Below are positions 8,778 to 19,257 of a DNA stretch of 64,000 nucleotides, piece by piece. Position numbers and translations under genes: made by a program. The DNA is from an uncultured virus (IMG/VR IMGVR_UViG_3300025653_000029). Its lineage: Duplodnaviria > Heunggongvirae > Uroviricota > Caudoviricetes. Below the pieces are notes generated by a model, which saw nothing but the letters and a program-made list of their open reading frames with translations, was not told the DNA's origin and did no database searches. Position 1 is the first letter of the stretch. Each line of letters opens with the position of its first letter. The stretch lies in IMG/VR virus record IMGVR_UViG_3300025653_000029. One strand, given 5' to 3'.

Positions 8778-10736
8778 TTGTCTCTCATTAATAATAACGG
8801 TTCGATAAAGGATCACTACAGAAATTTCATCCACATCAGCAGATACGCCAGGTGGATGGAGGAAGAAAATAGGCGAGAGACATGGGTGGAAACAGTAGAT
8901 AGACTTATGAACTTTATGAAGAGTCATCTTGTCAACAACTACGAATATAAAGATAGTGCACCAATTTTTGATGAAGTTCGTGATGCCATTATTAATCATA
9001 AGATCATGCCTTCTATGCGTGCTATGATGACGGCAGGCCCAGCACTTGAGCGTGATAACATTGCTGCCTACAACTGCTCATTTATTGCGGTTGATAGCCC
9101 AAGAGCATTCGATGAGGCTATGTATATTTTGATGAATGGTACAGGAGTTGGATTTAGTGTTGAGCAAAAATATACAGACCAACTACCCGTTGTAGCAGAA
9201 CAAATGTTTCCAACAGGAACAACCATCGTTGTTGAGGACTCTAAGCTTGGTTGGGCTAAAGCATACAAAGAACTTATTGCACTTCTTTATCAGGGGCAGA
9301 TCCCTAATTGGGATATGACAAAGGTTCGTCCAGCAGGAGCAAGGCTTAAGACTTTTGGTGGTCGTGCATCAGGCCCAGAGCCACTACATGCACTATTCCA
9401 GTTTACTGTCGATGTATTTAGAAATGCAGCGGGACGCAGACTTAAGCCTATTGAAGCACACGATATTATGTGTAAAATAGGAGAGGTAGTTGTTGTAGGT
9501 GGCGTTCGTCGCTCTGCACTTATCTCGTTGTCCAACCTTGATGACTTTGAAATGGCAAAGGCAAAGAGTGGAAACTGGTGGGAGAATGAAGGCCAGCGTG
9601 CTCTAGCAAATAACTCTGCTGTTTACAACATGAAGCCAAATACAGCGCAGTTTCTGCGTGAGTGGAGAAACCTTTATGAGTCAAAATCAGGGGAAAGAGG
9701 AATTTATAACCTTGATAGCGTTCGCAAGCACATTGATAGTTTCGGTCGTCGTGATTCTTCTAAGGTAGCAGGAACCAACCCATGTGGCGAAATTCTTCTA
9801 CGACCCAATGAATTTTGTAATCTAACAGAGGTAATTATTGAAGCTTCTGATACAGAAGAAGATCTTAAGAAGAAGGTAGAACTCGCCTCCATCTTTGGAA
9901 CCTGGCAATCTACTCTTACAAACTTTAAGTATATTCGTAAGTCATGGAAAGATAACTGCGAGGAGGAAAGACTACTTGGGGTATCACTCACAGGTATTTA
10001 TGGAAATAAGCTAACATCAAATAATAATTCTAATCTATCTTCTCTATTAGATAATCTCCGTGAATCAGCAGTAGAAACAAATAAGAAGGAAGCTGAAAGA
10101 CTTGGAATTAATCAGTCCATGTCTGTTACTTGTGTTAAGCCTTCTGGAACAGTATCGCAGTTAACTGGTGTATCAAGTGGCATTCATCCATGGTATTCAG
10201 AATATTACATTCGTTCTGTTCGTGGAGATAATAAAGATCCACTAACACGATTCCTTATTGATTGTGGTATTCCAAATGAGCCAGATGTTATGAAGCCAAA
10301 TGATACTACCGTTTTCTACTTCCCCGTAAAGGCTCCAAAGAACGCGGTAGTTACAGAAGATATTTCAGCCATTGATCATCTAGAACTATGGAAAACCTAT
10401 CGTAATCATTGGACAGAGCATAACCCATCTGTCACCATTAATGTTCATGAAGATGAATGGATGAGCGTAGGGGCATGGGTCTATGACAACTTTGATCAAA
10501 TCGGTGGCGTTTCATTCTTGCCAGCAGTTGAGCATTCTTACAAGCAAGCACCCTACCAGTCTTGCACAAAGGAAGAATATGAGGAAGCACTAAAGAATAT
10601 GCCCACAAATATTCCATGGGAGATGCTTACTGTTTATGAGACAGAAGACGGAACTACTGGATCACAAGAGCTAAGTTGTGTTGCAGGATCTTGCGAGATA
10701 GTTGATATTGGTGACCTAGCTAGTGTCAAAAACTAG
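8778..10736 (+). CDS. nrdJ: class II (adenosylcobalamin-dependent) ribonucleotide reductase
   Basis: 'YNCSF', 'GGVRRSALISL', catalytic 'TNPCGEI', 'VKPSGTVSQL', C-terminal 'CVAGSCEI'. No beta-subunit gene nearby. Confidence 0.92.
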   Translation: MSLINNNGSIKDHYRNFIHISRYARWMEEENRRETWVETVDRLMNFMKSHLVNNYEYKDSAPIFDEVRDAIINHKIMPSMRAMMTAGPALERDNIAAYNCSFIAVDSPRAFDEAMYILMNGTGVGFSVEQKYTDQLPVVAEQMFPTGTTIVVEDSKLGWAKAYKELIALLYQGQIPNWDMTKVRPAGARLKTFGGRASGPEPLHALFQFTVDVFRNAAGRRLKPIEAHDIMCKIGEVVVVGGVRRSALISLSNLDDFEMAKAKSGNWWENEGQRALANNSAVYNMKPNTAQFLREWRNLYESKSGERGIYNLDSVRKHIDSFGRRDSSKVAGTNPCGEILLRPNEFCNLTEVIIEASDTEEDLKKKVELASIFGTWQSTLTNFKYIRKSWKDNCEEERLLGVSLTGIYGNKLTSNNNSNLSSLLDNLRESAVETNKKEAERLGINQSMSVTCVKPSGTVSQLTGVSSGIHPWYSEYYIRSVRGDNKDPLTRFLIDCGIPNEPDVMKPNDTTVFYFPVKAPKNAVVTEDISAIDHLELWKTYRNHWTEHNPSVTINVHEDEWMSVGAWVYDNFDQIGGVSFLPAVEHSYKQAPYQSCTKEEYEEALKNMPTNIPWEMLTVYETEDGTTGSQELSCVAGSCEIVDIGDLASVKN

Positions 10737-10769
10737 CTGAGTCATGCTAATTATGGTACAATTGTTGAC

Positions 10770-11114
10770 ATGGCATCCTCTAATCCAAAGCTAACTGTAA
10801 TAGAAAAGCAAGGTGACGATGGCATCTATGTTTGGAAGCTTCCTAATGGAAAGTTGGCTGGTGATGGCAATGGTAACATCATGAATATTCCTGCTCGTAA
10901 TGGTGATATTCAGGCAATGGCTAAAATTACCAAGGCGGCAGCTTATTATGGATTTCCAGATGGTAAGCCAGAGTTTAAAGCAGGCGTAAGAAGAATTACT
11001 GATGAAGAACATTCGGAACAGATTGACAGAATGAGCCAGGGGTATATTCCTAGCGAAACAGATCTGGGTGCATGGTATGACGCAGCAAAGGGACTAAGAG
11101 CGCATGGAGAATGA
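10770..11114 (+). CDS. hypothetical protein upstream of portal
   Basis: TGgTACAAT 7 nt before the ATG (leaderless). Overlaps the portal start. Confidence 0.7.
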   Translation: MASSNPKLTVIEKQGDDGIYVWKLPNGKLAGDGNGNIMNIPARNGDIQAMAKITKAAAYYGFPDGKPEFKAGVRRITDEEHSEQIDRMSQGYIPSETDLGAWYDAAKGLRAHGE

Positions 11115-12660
11115 CGACTACGAGGGTAGAGCAAGAATTGATAATCCTCAATCAAACAAGATATCAAAATTTGATCCATTCAATGCTGGTGTAGAAACAG
11201 TAAAATCATATACTGGACTTAATCCTAATTTTAAGCGTCGTATTTCTAGACTAAATAAGGTTTGGACAGGACAAGACGGGGCAAAGTCAAAGCAGCTAAT
11301 TCCAGATATGGATATTACAACTGCCTATGGACTTTTTGATGTTATTGTTCCACCATACAACCTTGACGAGCTTGCTAATTTTTATGAAACAAATTTTGCT
11401 AACCATGCAGCGGTAAATGCCAAGGTATCAAACATTGTTGGCCTTGGATATCATCTAGAACCAACTCCCAATCTTATGGACAGGATTGAAGATGCTGGCA
11501 ATGATGATCAGAGAATGCGTGCACAAAGAAAAGCTGACAGAGCAAAGGCTATGGTTATGGAATGGCTTGAAGATCTTAATGATGAAGATACTCTGACTCA
11601 CGTTCTTGAAAAAGCCTTTACTGATTATGAGGCAACTGGAAATGGATATATTGAGGTAGGTAGAACAACTTCTGGAGAAATTGGATATATCGGTCATATT
11701 CCTGCAACAACTATTCGCGTTAGAAGAGAACGCGATGGATACATTCAGGTAGTTAATCAAAGAACAGTATTCTTCAGAAATTTCCAAGATGTAAAAACAC
11801 CCAACAATGTAACAACAGATCCGCGACCAAACGAGCTAATTCATATTAAGAAATATACCCCTCGTAATAGCTATTATGGTGTTCCAGATATCTTGGCTGC
11901 TTCTACATCACTAGTTGGTGACACACTTGCTGGTCGCTACAACATTGACTATTTTGAGAATAAGGCAGTGCCACGATACATCGTTACTCTTAAGGGTGCA
12001 AAGCTAAGTACAGATGCAGAAGATAAGCTGTTTAGATTTTTGCAGTCTGGACTCAAAGGACAAAGCCACAGAACACTCTACATCCCTCTTCCTGGAGATA
12101 CAGGAGATAACAAGGTAGAGTTTAATATGGAGCCAATTGAAAATGGCGTACAAGAAGGCTCTTTTGAAAAGTACCGCAAGTCTAATCGTGAAGATATTCT
12201 TATGGCTCATCAAACACCAATATCAAAGGTTGGTGGCGGTCAGGGCATGTCTATTGCCGCTGCACTAGCATCGGATCGTACATTTAAGGAACAGGTTGCA
12301 CGACCAGCACAAAGAACTTTAGAAAAGGTAATAAATAAAATAGTAAAAGAAAAAACAGATATGTTTAACTTTAGACTAAATGAATTTACATTAACAGATG
12401 AAAATACACAAAGTCAGATTGATGAAAGATATCTCAAGACTCAGGTTATTGTTCCAAATGAAGTAAGACAAAGAATGGGAATGCCTGTACGAGATGGCGG
12501 TCAATCACCAGTTGAACTAACAGCACAACAAAGAGCGGAATCAAGGGCACAAATTACAGGTAACAGACAAAGAGATACAGAACGACAAAATAACGCTACT
12601 GACTCCTCCGCAACAGAAACTGGAAGAAATCCAGGAGGAGAAGGCAGAACAACTGCATAA
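11104..12660 (+). CDS. portal protein
   Basis: 'DYEATGNGYIEV', 'ELIHIKKY...YYGVP', 'YFENKAVP', 'PNEVRQRMG'. Sits before the protease and capsid genes. Confidence 0.9.
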   Translation: MENDDYEGRARIDNPQSNKISKFDPFNAGVETVKSYTGLNPNFKRRISRLNKVWTGQDGAKSKQLIPDMDITTAYGLFDVIVPPYNLDELANFYETNFANHAAVNAKVSNIVGLGYHLEPTPNLMDRIEDAGNDDQRMRAQRKADRAKAMVMEWLEDLNDEDTLTHVLEKAFTDYEATGNGYIEVGRTTSGEIGYIGHIPATTIRVRRERDGYIQVVNQRTVFFRNFQDVKTPNNVTTDPRPNELIHIKKYTPRNSYYGVPDILAASTSLVGDTLAGRYNIDYFENKAVPRYIVTLKGAKLSTDAEDKLFRFLQSGLKGQSHRTLYIPLPGDTGDNKVEFNMEPIENGVQEGSFEKYRKSNREDILMAHQTPISKVGGGQGMSIAAALASDRTFKEQVARPAQRTLEKVINKIVKEKTDMFNFRLNEFTLTDENTQSQIDERYLKTQVIVPNEVRQRMGMPVRDGGQSPVELTAQQRAESRAQITGNRQRDTERQNNATDSSATETGRNPGGEGRTTA

Positions 12661-12712
12661 ATTTATAAAATTGTGATAAAATACTATAAATATAGTATAT
12701 AATGGGTTTGAA

Positions 12713-14113
12713 ATGACTATTTTTGAAAAAGCTTATTGGAGCACAGACGGGAATAACATTTCCGTTAGAATGCCCATTCAAAAAGTAGACAAAGAAAGAA
12801 GAATTGTTTCAGGCTGGGCTACAACAGATAGCATTGATAAGCAGGGCGACATTGTAAATGCTGACGCATCAGCAAAAGCTTTTGATGCATTCCGTGGAAA
12901 CGTTCGTGAGCAGCATACCCCACTTGCCGTAGGCAAGGTCGTTTCATTTAAGCAGGATAAATATTTTGACAAAAATACTGATCAGTTTTACAACGGTATT
13001 TATGTAGATGTTTATGTTTCAAAAGGCGCAGAAGATACCTGGCATAAAATTAATGAAGGCATTCTTACTGGATTCTCAATTGGTGGAAGCATCAATGACT
13101 CAGAAGAAATGTACAACAAGCAAATTGATAAGCCCGTTCGGGTAATTAAAGATTATGATCTTTATGAGCTTTCCCTTGTTGATAATCCAGCAAATCCAGA
13201 CTCTAATATTATTTCTGTACAAAAGTTTAATGCTACAGAAGAAAAGGTAGAAAAGAACTACCTTGAAAACGTATACTGGTGTCCAACTAGTGACAATGTT
13301 ATCTTAAGTGATAAGTCAGATTACAGTTGCCCAGAGTGCAGCAAGCACATGACTAATATTGGTTTTGTAGAGAGTAACGATGTAAATAAATCCGAAGTTG
13401 TAAAATCTTTGATTACATCATTTGAAAAGGTTTCAGATTCACAATCTGATAAAAATGAGGCGATTGACGAAGACATAGCCAAGTCAATTGCTGACGAAAA
13501 TATTGAAAAGGAGGGAAATAACGTGGGAATTCTAAATAGAAAGTCTTCAGAAGAGGCTGCTCCAATTGAGAAGTCAGAGGACGCTGCAGTAGAAGCAGAG
13601 ACTGTTGAAGAACCTGCTGAAGAGACAACAGAAGAAGTTGCAAAGGCAGATGACGCTGCAGAAGATGCTGAGACTGTAGAGAAGTCAGAGGACGCTGTTG
13701 AGGACTCTGCCGAAGAAACAGTAGAAAAGGCAGAAGAGACAGAGGAAGCCACAACTGAAGAGGTAGTCGAAAAGTCCACAACTCCTAATGAAGAAGGCAG
13801 CACAGATGACTTGGCAAAGGCTGTTAGCGAGATCAAGGATTCTGTTGCAGATTCACTAGGAGATCTAGCTGCAGTAGTTAAGGGCATTGCAGAGCAGGTC
13901 GCAGAGATGAAGAAGTCTCTAGACGGCGTACAAGAGGAAGTAACAACTGTAAAAGGCAATGTAGCAGAGTTTGAAGGGCGTGTTGATGCTGTAGAAGCTG
14001 ACACAGCCGTTCGCAAGTCTGGCGATCTTGGCGGGATCGTGCAGGAAGAAAATACAACTGAAAAGTCGATGTGGGGCGGTCGTTTCCTCAAAGCCGCTGA
14101 CTTATATCGGTAA
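12713..14113 (+). CDS. HK97-type prohead protease fused to a Zn-ribbon and an acidic scaffold
   Basis: 'VREQH', 'GFSIGG', 'ELSLVDNPAN'. CxxS...CPEC. Glu-rich EKS/EKA repeats and a coiled-coil C-terminus. Confidence 0.88.
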   Translation: MTIFEKAYWSTDGNNISVRMPIQKVDKERRIVSGWATTDSIDKQGDIVNADASAKAFDAFRGNVREQHTPLAVGKVVSFKQDKYFDKNTDQFYNGIYVDVYVSKGAEDTWHKINEGILTGFSIGGSINDSEEMYNKQIDKPVRVIKDYDLYELSLVDNPANPDSNIISVQKFNATEEKVEKNYLENVYWCPTSDNVILSDKSDYSCPECSKHMTNIGFVESNDVNKSEVVKSLITSFEKVSDSQSDKNEAIDEDIAKSIADENIEKEGNNVGILNRKSSEEAAPIEKSEDAAVEAETVEEPAEETTEEVAKADDAAEDAETVEKSEDAVEDSAEETVEKAEETEEATTEEVVEKSTTPNEEGSTDDLAKAVSEIKDSVADSLGDLAAVVKGIAEQVAEMKKSLDGVQEEVTTVKGNVAEFEGRVDAVEADTAVRKSGDLGGIVQEENTTEKSMWGGRFLKAADLYR

Positions 14114-14135
14114 ATAAATAGGAGGTGAAATAAAA

Positions 14136-15137
14136 ATGTCAGACGAAATCCTAGAGAAGGCAGCTGCAACAGGCGCAGTAGTTTCTGGTGGTATTGGGGG
14201 TGTAACAAACCCAGCCGCTGGTGACCTCGGTGTTGTTGGCAGCACAACCGATGATGGCGGTATTCTCAATCCTGAGCAGTCTCGCCAGTTCATCGAATAC
14301 ATTTGGGAGCAGCAGGTACTAGCACAAGATGGTCGCAGAGTAACAATGCGTTCCAACACCGCAGAGCTAGAGAAGCTAAACGTTGGCGAGCGTGTAATCC
14401 GTGCAGCAGCACAGGCTGATGCAACTTACACAAACGCTGATGTTGCTTTCACTAAGGTTGAGGTTACCACCAAGAAGATCCGTTTGGATTGGGAGGTTTC
14501 AACTGAAGCTCTAGAGGATAACATCGAAGGTGCAGGTCTAGAGGACCACTTGGTTCGCACAATGACCCGTGCATTCGCTAACGATCTAGAGGATCTAGCT
14601 ATCAACGGAACAGGCTCTGGAACAAATGCGTTCCTTAGCATCATGGAGGGCTTCCACGCAAAGGAGACAGCTGGTGGCAATCAGGCCGCTGCTGTAACCT
14701 CAAGTGGTAGCACATGGACAGTACAGGATCTACAGGATATTATTCTTGCAATGCCAAGAAAGTACCGTGGTTCACGTTCAGCCATGAAGTTCTATGCTGG
14801 TTCACCAACACTTTCCAGCCTACTCAATCAGCTCGCTCAGACAGGCAACTTCTCTTCAGAGAGAATTGTTGAGCGCATTGTTGATGGTAGTGTTCCACAG
14901 ATTGTTGGTGCTCCACTACAGTACCGCGTTCTCGGGCTTCCAATCGTTGAGGTTCCATACCTCCCCGATGATTATGTCTCACTCACATTCCCAGAGAATC
15001 GTATCTGGGGATTCCAGAGAGATGTTACAGTCCACCGCGAGTTCAAGCCAAAGAAGGACACAGTAGAGTACACAGTATTCGTTCGCTTTGGTGTTCAGAT
15101 CGAAGAGACAGACGCAGTTGCCTACGGCAGCAAGTAA
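14136..15137 (+). CDS. major capsid protein (HK97 fold)
   Basis: GGAGGTG RBS, strongly biased codons, 'GGILNPEQSRQFI', 'EALEDNIEG', 'DLEDLAING'. Followed by a terminator. Confidence 0.9.
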   Translation: MSDEILEKAAATGAVVSGGIGGVTNPAAGDLGVVGSTTDDGGILNPEQSRQFIEYIWEQQVLAQDGRRVTMRSNTAELEKLNVGERVIRAAAQADATYTNADVAFTKVEVTTKKIRLDWEVSTEALEDNIEGAGLEDHLVRTMTRAFANDLEDLAINGTGSGTNAFLSIMEGFHAKETAGGNQAAAVTSSGSTWTVQDLQDIILAMPRKYRGSRSAMKFYAGSPTLSSLLNQLAQTGNFSSERIVERIVDGSVPQIVGAPLQYRVLGLPIVEVPYLPDDYVSLTFPENRIWGFQRDVTVHREFKPKKDTVEYTVFVRFGVQIEETDAVAYGSK

Positions 15138-15154
15138 TCTCTTTGTCAAGTAGT

Positions 15155-15188
15155 TTGGAGGGGAGTCTGAAATATGGCTCCCCTTCAA
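15155..15188 (+). terminator. terminator hairpin after the capsid gene
   Basis: TTGGAGGGGAGTC-N8-GGCTCCCCTTCAA. Confidence 0.75.
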
Positions 15189-15226
15189 CACTTTTATAGA
15201 TGATATAATAACAAAGGAGGATTATA

Positions 15227-15559
15227 ATGAGCGATAATATTATTAGAAGTTCTTATGACAAAGCATATGTTTCTAAATCACTTCAAGATAAAAAAGAAGT
15301 AGAGGTAGAAGATAAGCCAAAGTCAACAAAGAAGACAACTTCTAAAACAATCACTTCTAAGACTGCTCCAAAAAAGGAAGATCCTAAGCCACAACCAACC
15401 GCTGTTTATTCAGAGGGCAAACTAGTTCACCCAGCTCTAGGAAGGCTAGACAAGGGATATAACATTGTTACGCCAGATCAGGCCGATGAATGGATGAAAA
15501 TTTCTACAAAGGTAAGAATGGCTACACCAGAAGAAGTGGCAATTGCCTACGGGGTATAG
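15227..15559 (+). CDS. head-associated hypothetical protein
   Basis: TATAAT and AAGGAGG upstream. Lys/Thr-rich linker, C-terminal 'VRMATPEEVA'. Confidence 0.6.
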   Translation: MSDNIIRSSYDKAYVSKSLQDKKEVEVEDKPKSTKKTTSKTITSKTAPKKEDPKPQPTAVYSEGKLVHPALGRLDKGYNIVTPDQADEWMKISTKVRMATPEEVAIAYGV

Positions 15560-15562
15560 TGA

Positions 15563-16432
15563 ATGGAAACTCTTAGACTTCCAGAAACAACAACCGTAGA
15601 GGTTTCATTTAGCGTACCAGACGCATCAACACTCTATATTTTGTCATATGATGATTTGACAACTGGAAGCACCTATTCAACTAGTGCCACATCTAATTCT
15701 TCTAAAATTGTAACCTTTGGACTTGATGATCGTTACCTTACCTATACTGGAAGTCTTAAAGCAACAGTTTATACTGCTGCTAGTGCATTAGTAATAACCG
15801 ATGGAATTGATGTTGTTAAACCATATTGCGATATTACAAGCGTAAAAAATAAATTAGGAATTACAACAGCACAGGCAATTCAAGTTGAGAAGGTAGCCAG
15901 AAAAATTATTGAGTCTGAAGCAGGAAAGTTTGATTTTCAAAGAAAACAAAAAGAAATATATGGAATGGGACTTGATTACCTACCATTAGATGAAAAAATT
16001 CAAAAACTATATTATCTATATGAAAATGGTGTAAAAATTTATGACTATGAAGATGAAGATCTTCAAGAATATAAGATAAGTGTAGATGGAACATCTATTG
16101 TTACTTCCGTAACACAAGTAAATAAGATGGAGTATAAATATGTTTGGCGAGATAGATATCTTGACACAGACTTTTTTAGTGGATACGATTATCTTGTAGA
16201 TGGAGATTTTGGATACATTGTTGTACCAGAAGACATTCAAGAAGCTTGTGAGCTTATTATGCAAGATATTACAAATGACAACATGAGATATATCAACAGA
16301 TATATCGAAGAGTTTGACAACAATGAGTTTAAGGTTAAGTTTGGCAAGGGAATAACCACGGGTACAGGAAATCTTATTGCAGACAAAATTCTATCGGGAT
16401 ATAAGAATAGAATAATTCCTGGGGTGATTTAA
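15563..16432 (+). CDS. head-to-tail adaptor
   Basis: Synteny, and a 'VPEDIQEACELIMQD' gp6/gp15-like motif. Confidence 0.65.
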   Translation: METLRLPETTTVEVSFSVPDASTLYILSYDDLTTGSTYSTSATSNSSKIVTFGLDDRYLTYTGSLKATVYTAASALVITDGIDVVKPYCDITSVKNKLGITTAQAIQVEKVARKIIESEAGKFDFQRKQKEIYGMGLDYLPLDEKIQKLYYLYENGVKIYDYEDEDLQEYKISVDGTSIVTSVTQVNKMEYKYVWRDRYLDTDFFSGYDYLVDGDFGYIVVPEDIQEACELIMQDITNDNMRYINRYIEEFDNNEFKVKFGKGITTGTGNLIADKILSGYKNRIIPGVI

Positions 16433-16875
16433 TGCTACCCCAAGGCAATCTTAATGGTCTTTTCTACCCCATGACTGCAGATATTTATTATGCTACAAAA
16501 AGCCAGAACGATTTTGGAGAACTTCAAAGATCATGGACAATGGATAGAAGCATTAATTGTTCAGCAATTAAAGAAAACCCACAATCTCAAATGAGAACTC
16601 AATTAACATCAGAAAAGTTTCTTGAGTATGATGTAAAAATAAATATGCGTACCAATGAAAATATTTATAAGTCTTTAGATGGTACACATTATAGGCCAAC
16701 AGATATCTTGGTTCGTAATATCAAAGATCCTTTCGGATCAATTGCCTGGACAGAAACTGACACAGAGCCAACAAATTTTGAAATAGATACAATTGAGCCA
16801 ATGTTTGATGCAGTTCATAATATTATGGGATATAGAATATTGCTACGCAGATCAGATTTGCAGGTGGCTCTATAA
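16432..16875 (+). CDS. head closure (stopper) protein
   Basis: Synteny, 'QNDFGELQRSW', translationally coupled. Confidence 0.55.
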   Translation: MLPQGNLNGLFYPMTADIYYATKSQNDFGELQRSWTMDRSINCSAIKENPQSQMRTQLTSEKFLEYDVKINMRTNENIYKSLDGTHYRPTDILVRNIKDPFGSIAWTETDTEPTNFEIDTIEPMFDAVHNIMGYRILLRRSDLQVAL

Positions 16876-17564
16876 TGTATACAATTAAGTTTGATGGAAA
16901 AGAAGCAATGAAAATGTTAAATAATGTTGTTTCATATTCTAATGGATTTATTAAAGAAACAAAAGCACAAGAAAAAACGGTAGCAAGTAGATTAGCAGAT
17001 ACAAGCATTGATGCATTTTATGATTACCTTGATACACTAGCAAGAACAAATCCAGGAATGCTTCATCATGTTTATGAGTGGGGCGCAGTAGGAGATCCAG
17101 ACTCAAGACTTGTGGAATTAAAGAAAAGACTTAGTGGAAAATCTGCACAAATAGATTCCGAATTTGTAACATCTTCTAGTATCCCAGAAGGTGGGTCAGA
17201 GCCATTTTATGAAAAGGCTGAGATTATGGAGGAAGGTATTCCAATTACAGTTCAGGCTGTTCAGGCAAAGGCTATGTTTATTCAATACAATGGAGATGAG
17301 TTTTTTACTGCTGGACCAATTGTAATAGAAAATCCAGGTGGCGAGGGTGTACGGGGATCATTTGTTGCAGCGTTTGAAGAATTTTATAATACTTATTTTG
17401 AACAAGTATATTTAAGAGCAATTAGATTTTATCAACATTTTGAGAATCCAAAAGGGTTTGAGTCGAATTTTGGTAGTGCAGTAAAATCTGGCAATGCCGC
17501 TGGCATAGGTAGAACAACTGCGCTAAAATGGGTTATGAATATGCCAGGTGGTGAAAATGAGTAA
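16875..17564 (+). CDS. neck/tail completion protein
   Basis: Position in the neck cluster; coupled start. Confidence 0.45.
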   Translation: MYTIKFDGKEAMKMLNNVVSYSNGFIKETKAQEKTVASRLADTSIDAFYDYLDTLARTNPGMLHHVYEWGAVGDPDSRLVELKKRLSGKSAQIDSEFVTSSSIPEGGSEPFYEKAEIMEEGIPITVQAVQAKAMFIQYNGDEFFTAGPIVIENPGGEGVRGSFVAAFEEFYNTYFEQVYLRAIRFYQHFENPKGFESNFGSAVKSGNAAGIGRTTALKWVMNMPGGENE

Positions 17565-18057
17565 TTATCCAGAACTTATAATCAATAAATATGTATGGAA
17601 GCAATTTGAATTGGCAAAGCCTGCTATATATTCTAATTACACCTCTGGCCTTATACCATTTTTTCCAATTAGCGATATAAAAGCTGGAGACACGGCATGG
17701 GGAACAAAGCCTTATATAGTTTATGATTCCTTTATGAGAGCAAGAACAACAAGAAAATATTTCTATCCAGTAAAAGCTGGTCAAATGATGTATTCCATAA
17801 AGGGTGGGGTAGGAGATATATTTGAATGGAGAGACTTTATTTCCAATGTCCTTGATAGAGAAGATGATGGGGCACGGGATATAAATGAGTATGCTGGTGA
17901 AACCCTATCAAATACTAGAATATATTTTCATTGTGTAAATACTAGCCAGGTTAATTACGTTGGAAACACCACAGAACAGCAGGGTAAAAATAAACAGTAT
18001 TCTGCCAACCTCATAATCAAATATGACTATCATATCTCAGATATTTACAATGCTTAA
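17557..18057 (+). CDS. tail terminator-like protein
   Basis: Immediately before the major tail gene; 'KPYIVYD'. GGTG RBS favours ATG 17557. Confidence 0.5.
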   Translation: MSNYPELIINKYVWKQFELAKPAIYSNYTSGLIPFFPISDIKAGDTAWGTKPYIVYDSFMRARTTRKYFYPVKAGQMMYSIKGGVGDIFEWRDFISNVLDREDDGARDINEYAGETLSNTRIYFHCVNTSQVNYVGNTTEQQGKNKQYSANLIIKYDYHISDIYNA

Positions 18058-18126
18058 AACATAGGCTATAATGTAATTGAGGAAACGCCCCACGCCAAAT
18101 TTAACTAATAAGGGGTGAAAAAATAT

Positions 18127-18810
18127 ATGGCAACTCTTGGTGATTCAACACAGATCATTGTAGGTGCAGCACAGCTTTTTGTTTCAAGAAGTGGTTCACT
18201 AAAGTTTATTGATGGTACAGATCCAGCAGAGTATTCATTCGACGGTGCCGCAGGCGACGATATTCCAGATTTTGTTTCTGGAACAGAGTTTGCTGACACA
18301 CTAGCAGGAGCTTCCGCTTCCGCTAACTGGCGCAACGTTGGTTACACAATGAATGGTCTAGAGGTTCAGTTCCAGCCAGACTTTGGTGAGGTTCAGGTAG
18401 ATCAGCTACTTGACGTTGCTCGCCTTTACAAGCAGGGTATGCAGGTTAACATGGTCACAGCTTTTGCTGAAGGTACTCTTGAGAACCTTCTTGTTGCAAC
18501 AGCAGCACAAGACGCAGACCTAACAGGCTCTGGCTCAAATGAAGAGACACTAGTTCTTCAGTCTGGCGACCTTGGTGAAGTACCACTAGAGCGTGCTATG
18601 ATCGCTGTAGGCCCAGGCTCAGGTGATCCAGCCGCAATTGGTGCTAACAAGGTAGAGCGTGTTTACGTCGCTCACCGTGCACTTTCAATTGAGAGTGTAA
18701 CTGCTTCCGCAAAGCGTGATGAGCCTACAATGTTTGAGGTTTCATTCCGTTTGCTACCAGCAGACAACGGTTCCTACGGTAAGATCGTAGACCGCGTTGT
18801 TGGTTCCTAA
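18127..18810 (+). CDS. major tail (tube) protein
   Basis: 'IIVGAAQLFV', 'NVGYTMNGLE', 'VQVDQLLD'. Highly biased codons, own promoter and terminator. Confidence 0.85.
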   Translation: MATLGDSTQIIVGAAQLFVSRSGSLKFIDGTDPAEYSFDGAAGDDIPDFVSGTEFADTLAGASASANWRNVGYTMNGLEVQFQPDFGEVQVDQLLDVARLYKQGMQVNMVTAFAEGTLENLLVATAAQDADLTGSGSNEETLVLQSGDLGEVPLERAMIAVGPGSGDPAAIGANKVERVYVAHRALSIESVTASAKRDEPTMFEVSFRLLPADNGSYGKIVDRVVGS

Positions 18811-18834
18811 TTAAATAAAAATTTAATAACACTT

Positions 18835-18860
18835 GCCCCGCCCCAAAAAGGCGGGGTTTA
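18835..18860 (+). terminator. intrinsic terminator
   Basis: GCCCCGCC-loop-GGCGGGGT followed by TT. Confidence 0.75.
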
Positions 18861-18921
18861 GTGTATTTATGATAAAATACCCCTGCTATGCTATAATTTA
18901 ATTATATTCTAGGAGGAATAA

Positions 18922-19257
18922 ATGGCAACAAGCGTCTACGAAACGGTAGAGGTTGAATTAATTGATGGGACAACAATTACTATGCGTCCCCTCAAAATCT
19001 CTCTTCTGCGTGAATTCATGAAAGAATTCCAGAAGATTGGTGATGAAGATATTGCTTCTGACAATATTAAGTCAATGGATCTACTTCTTGATTGTGCTGC
19101 TATTGCGATGAAGCAGTACAACGATGAGTATTCAGACAAAACAAAGCTAGAAGATGTTGTAGATCTACCAACGATCTACAAGATTATTGAAGTCGCAGCG
19201 GGGATCAAACTTGATGACCCAAACGCACTAGCGGCGGCTCTAGCTGGTCAGAGCTAG
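18922..19257 (+). CDS. tail assembly chaperone (gpG-like)
   Basis: Between the tail tube and tape measure genes; AGGAGG RBS; contains a slippery site. Confidence 0.85.
   Translation: MATSVYETVEVELIDGTTITMRPLKISLLREFMKEFQKIGDEDIASDNIKSMDLLLDCAAIAMKQYNDEYSDKTKLEDVVDLPTIYKIIEVAAGIKLDDPNALAAALAGQS
19218..19224 (+). other. programmed -1 frameshift slippery heptamer C CCA AAC
   Basis: In-phase X XXY YYZ. The -1 frame is open from here to the stop at 19622. Confidence 0.8.

Noticed and set aside
8710..8778. Cobalamin riboswitch or NrdR box before nrdJ
   Set aside because: The leader is short and shows no recognisable consensus.
8709..8999. N-terminal extension of the minus-strand ORF 8478-8999
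   Set aside because: It overlaps nrdJ antisense. A good RBS precedes ATG 8708.
13321..14247. 308-aa minus-strand ORF
   Set aside because: Ser/Thr-rich antisense shadow of the Glu/Ala-rich scaffold; no RBS or promoter.
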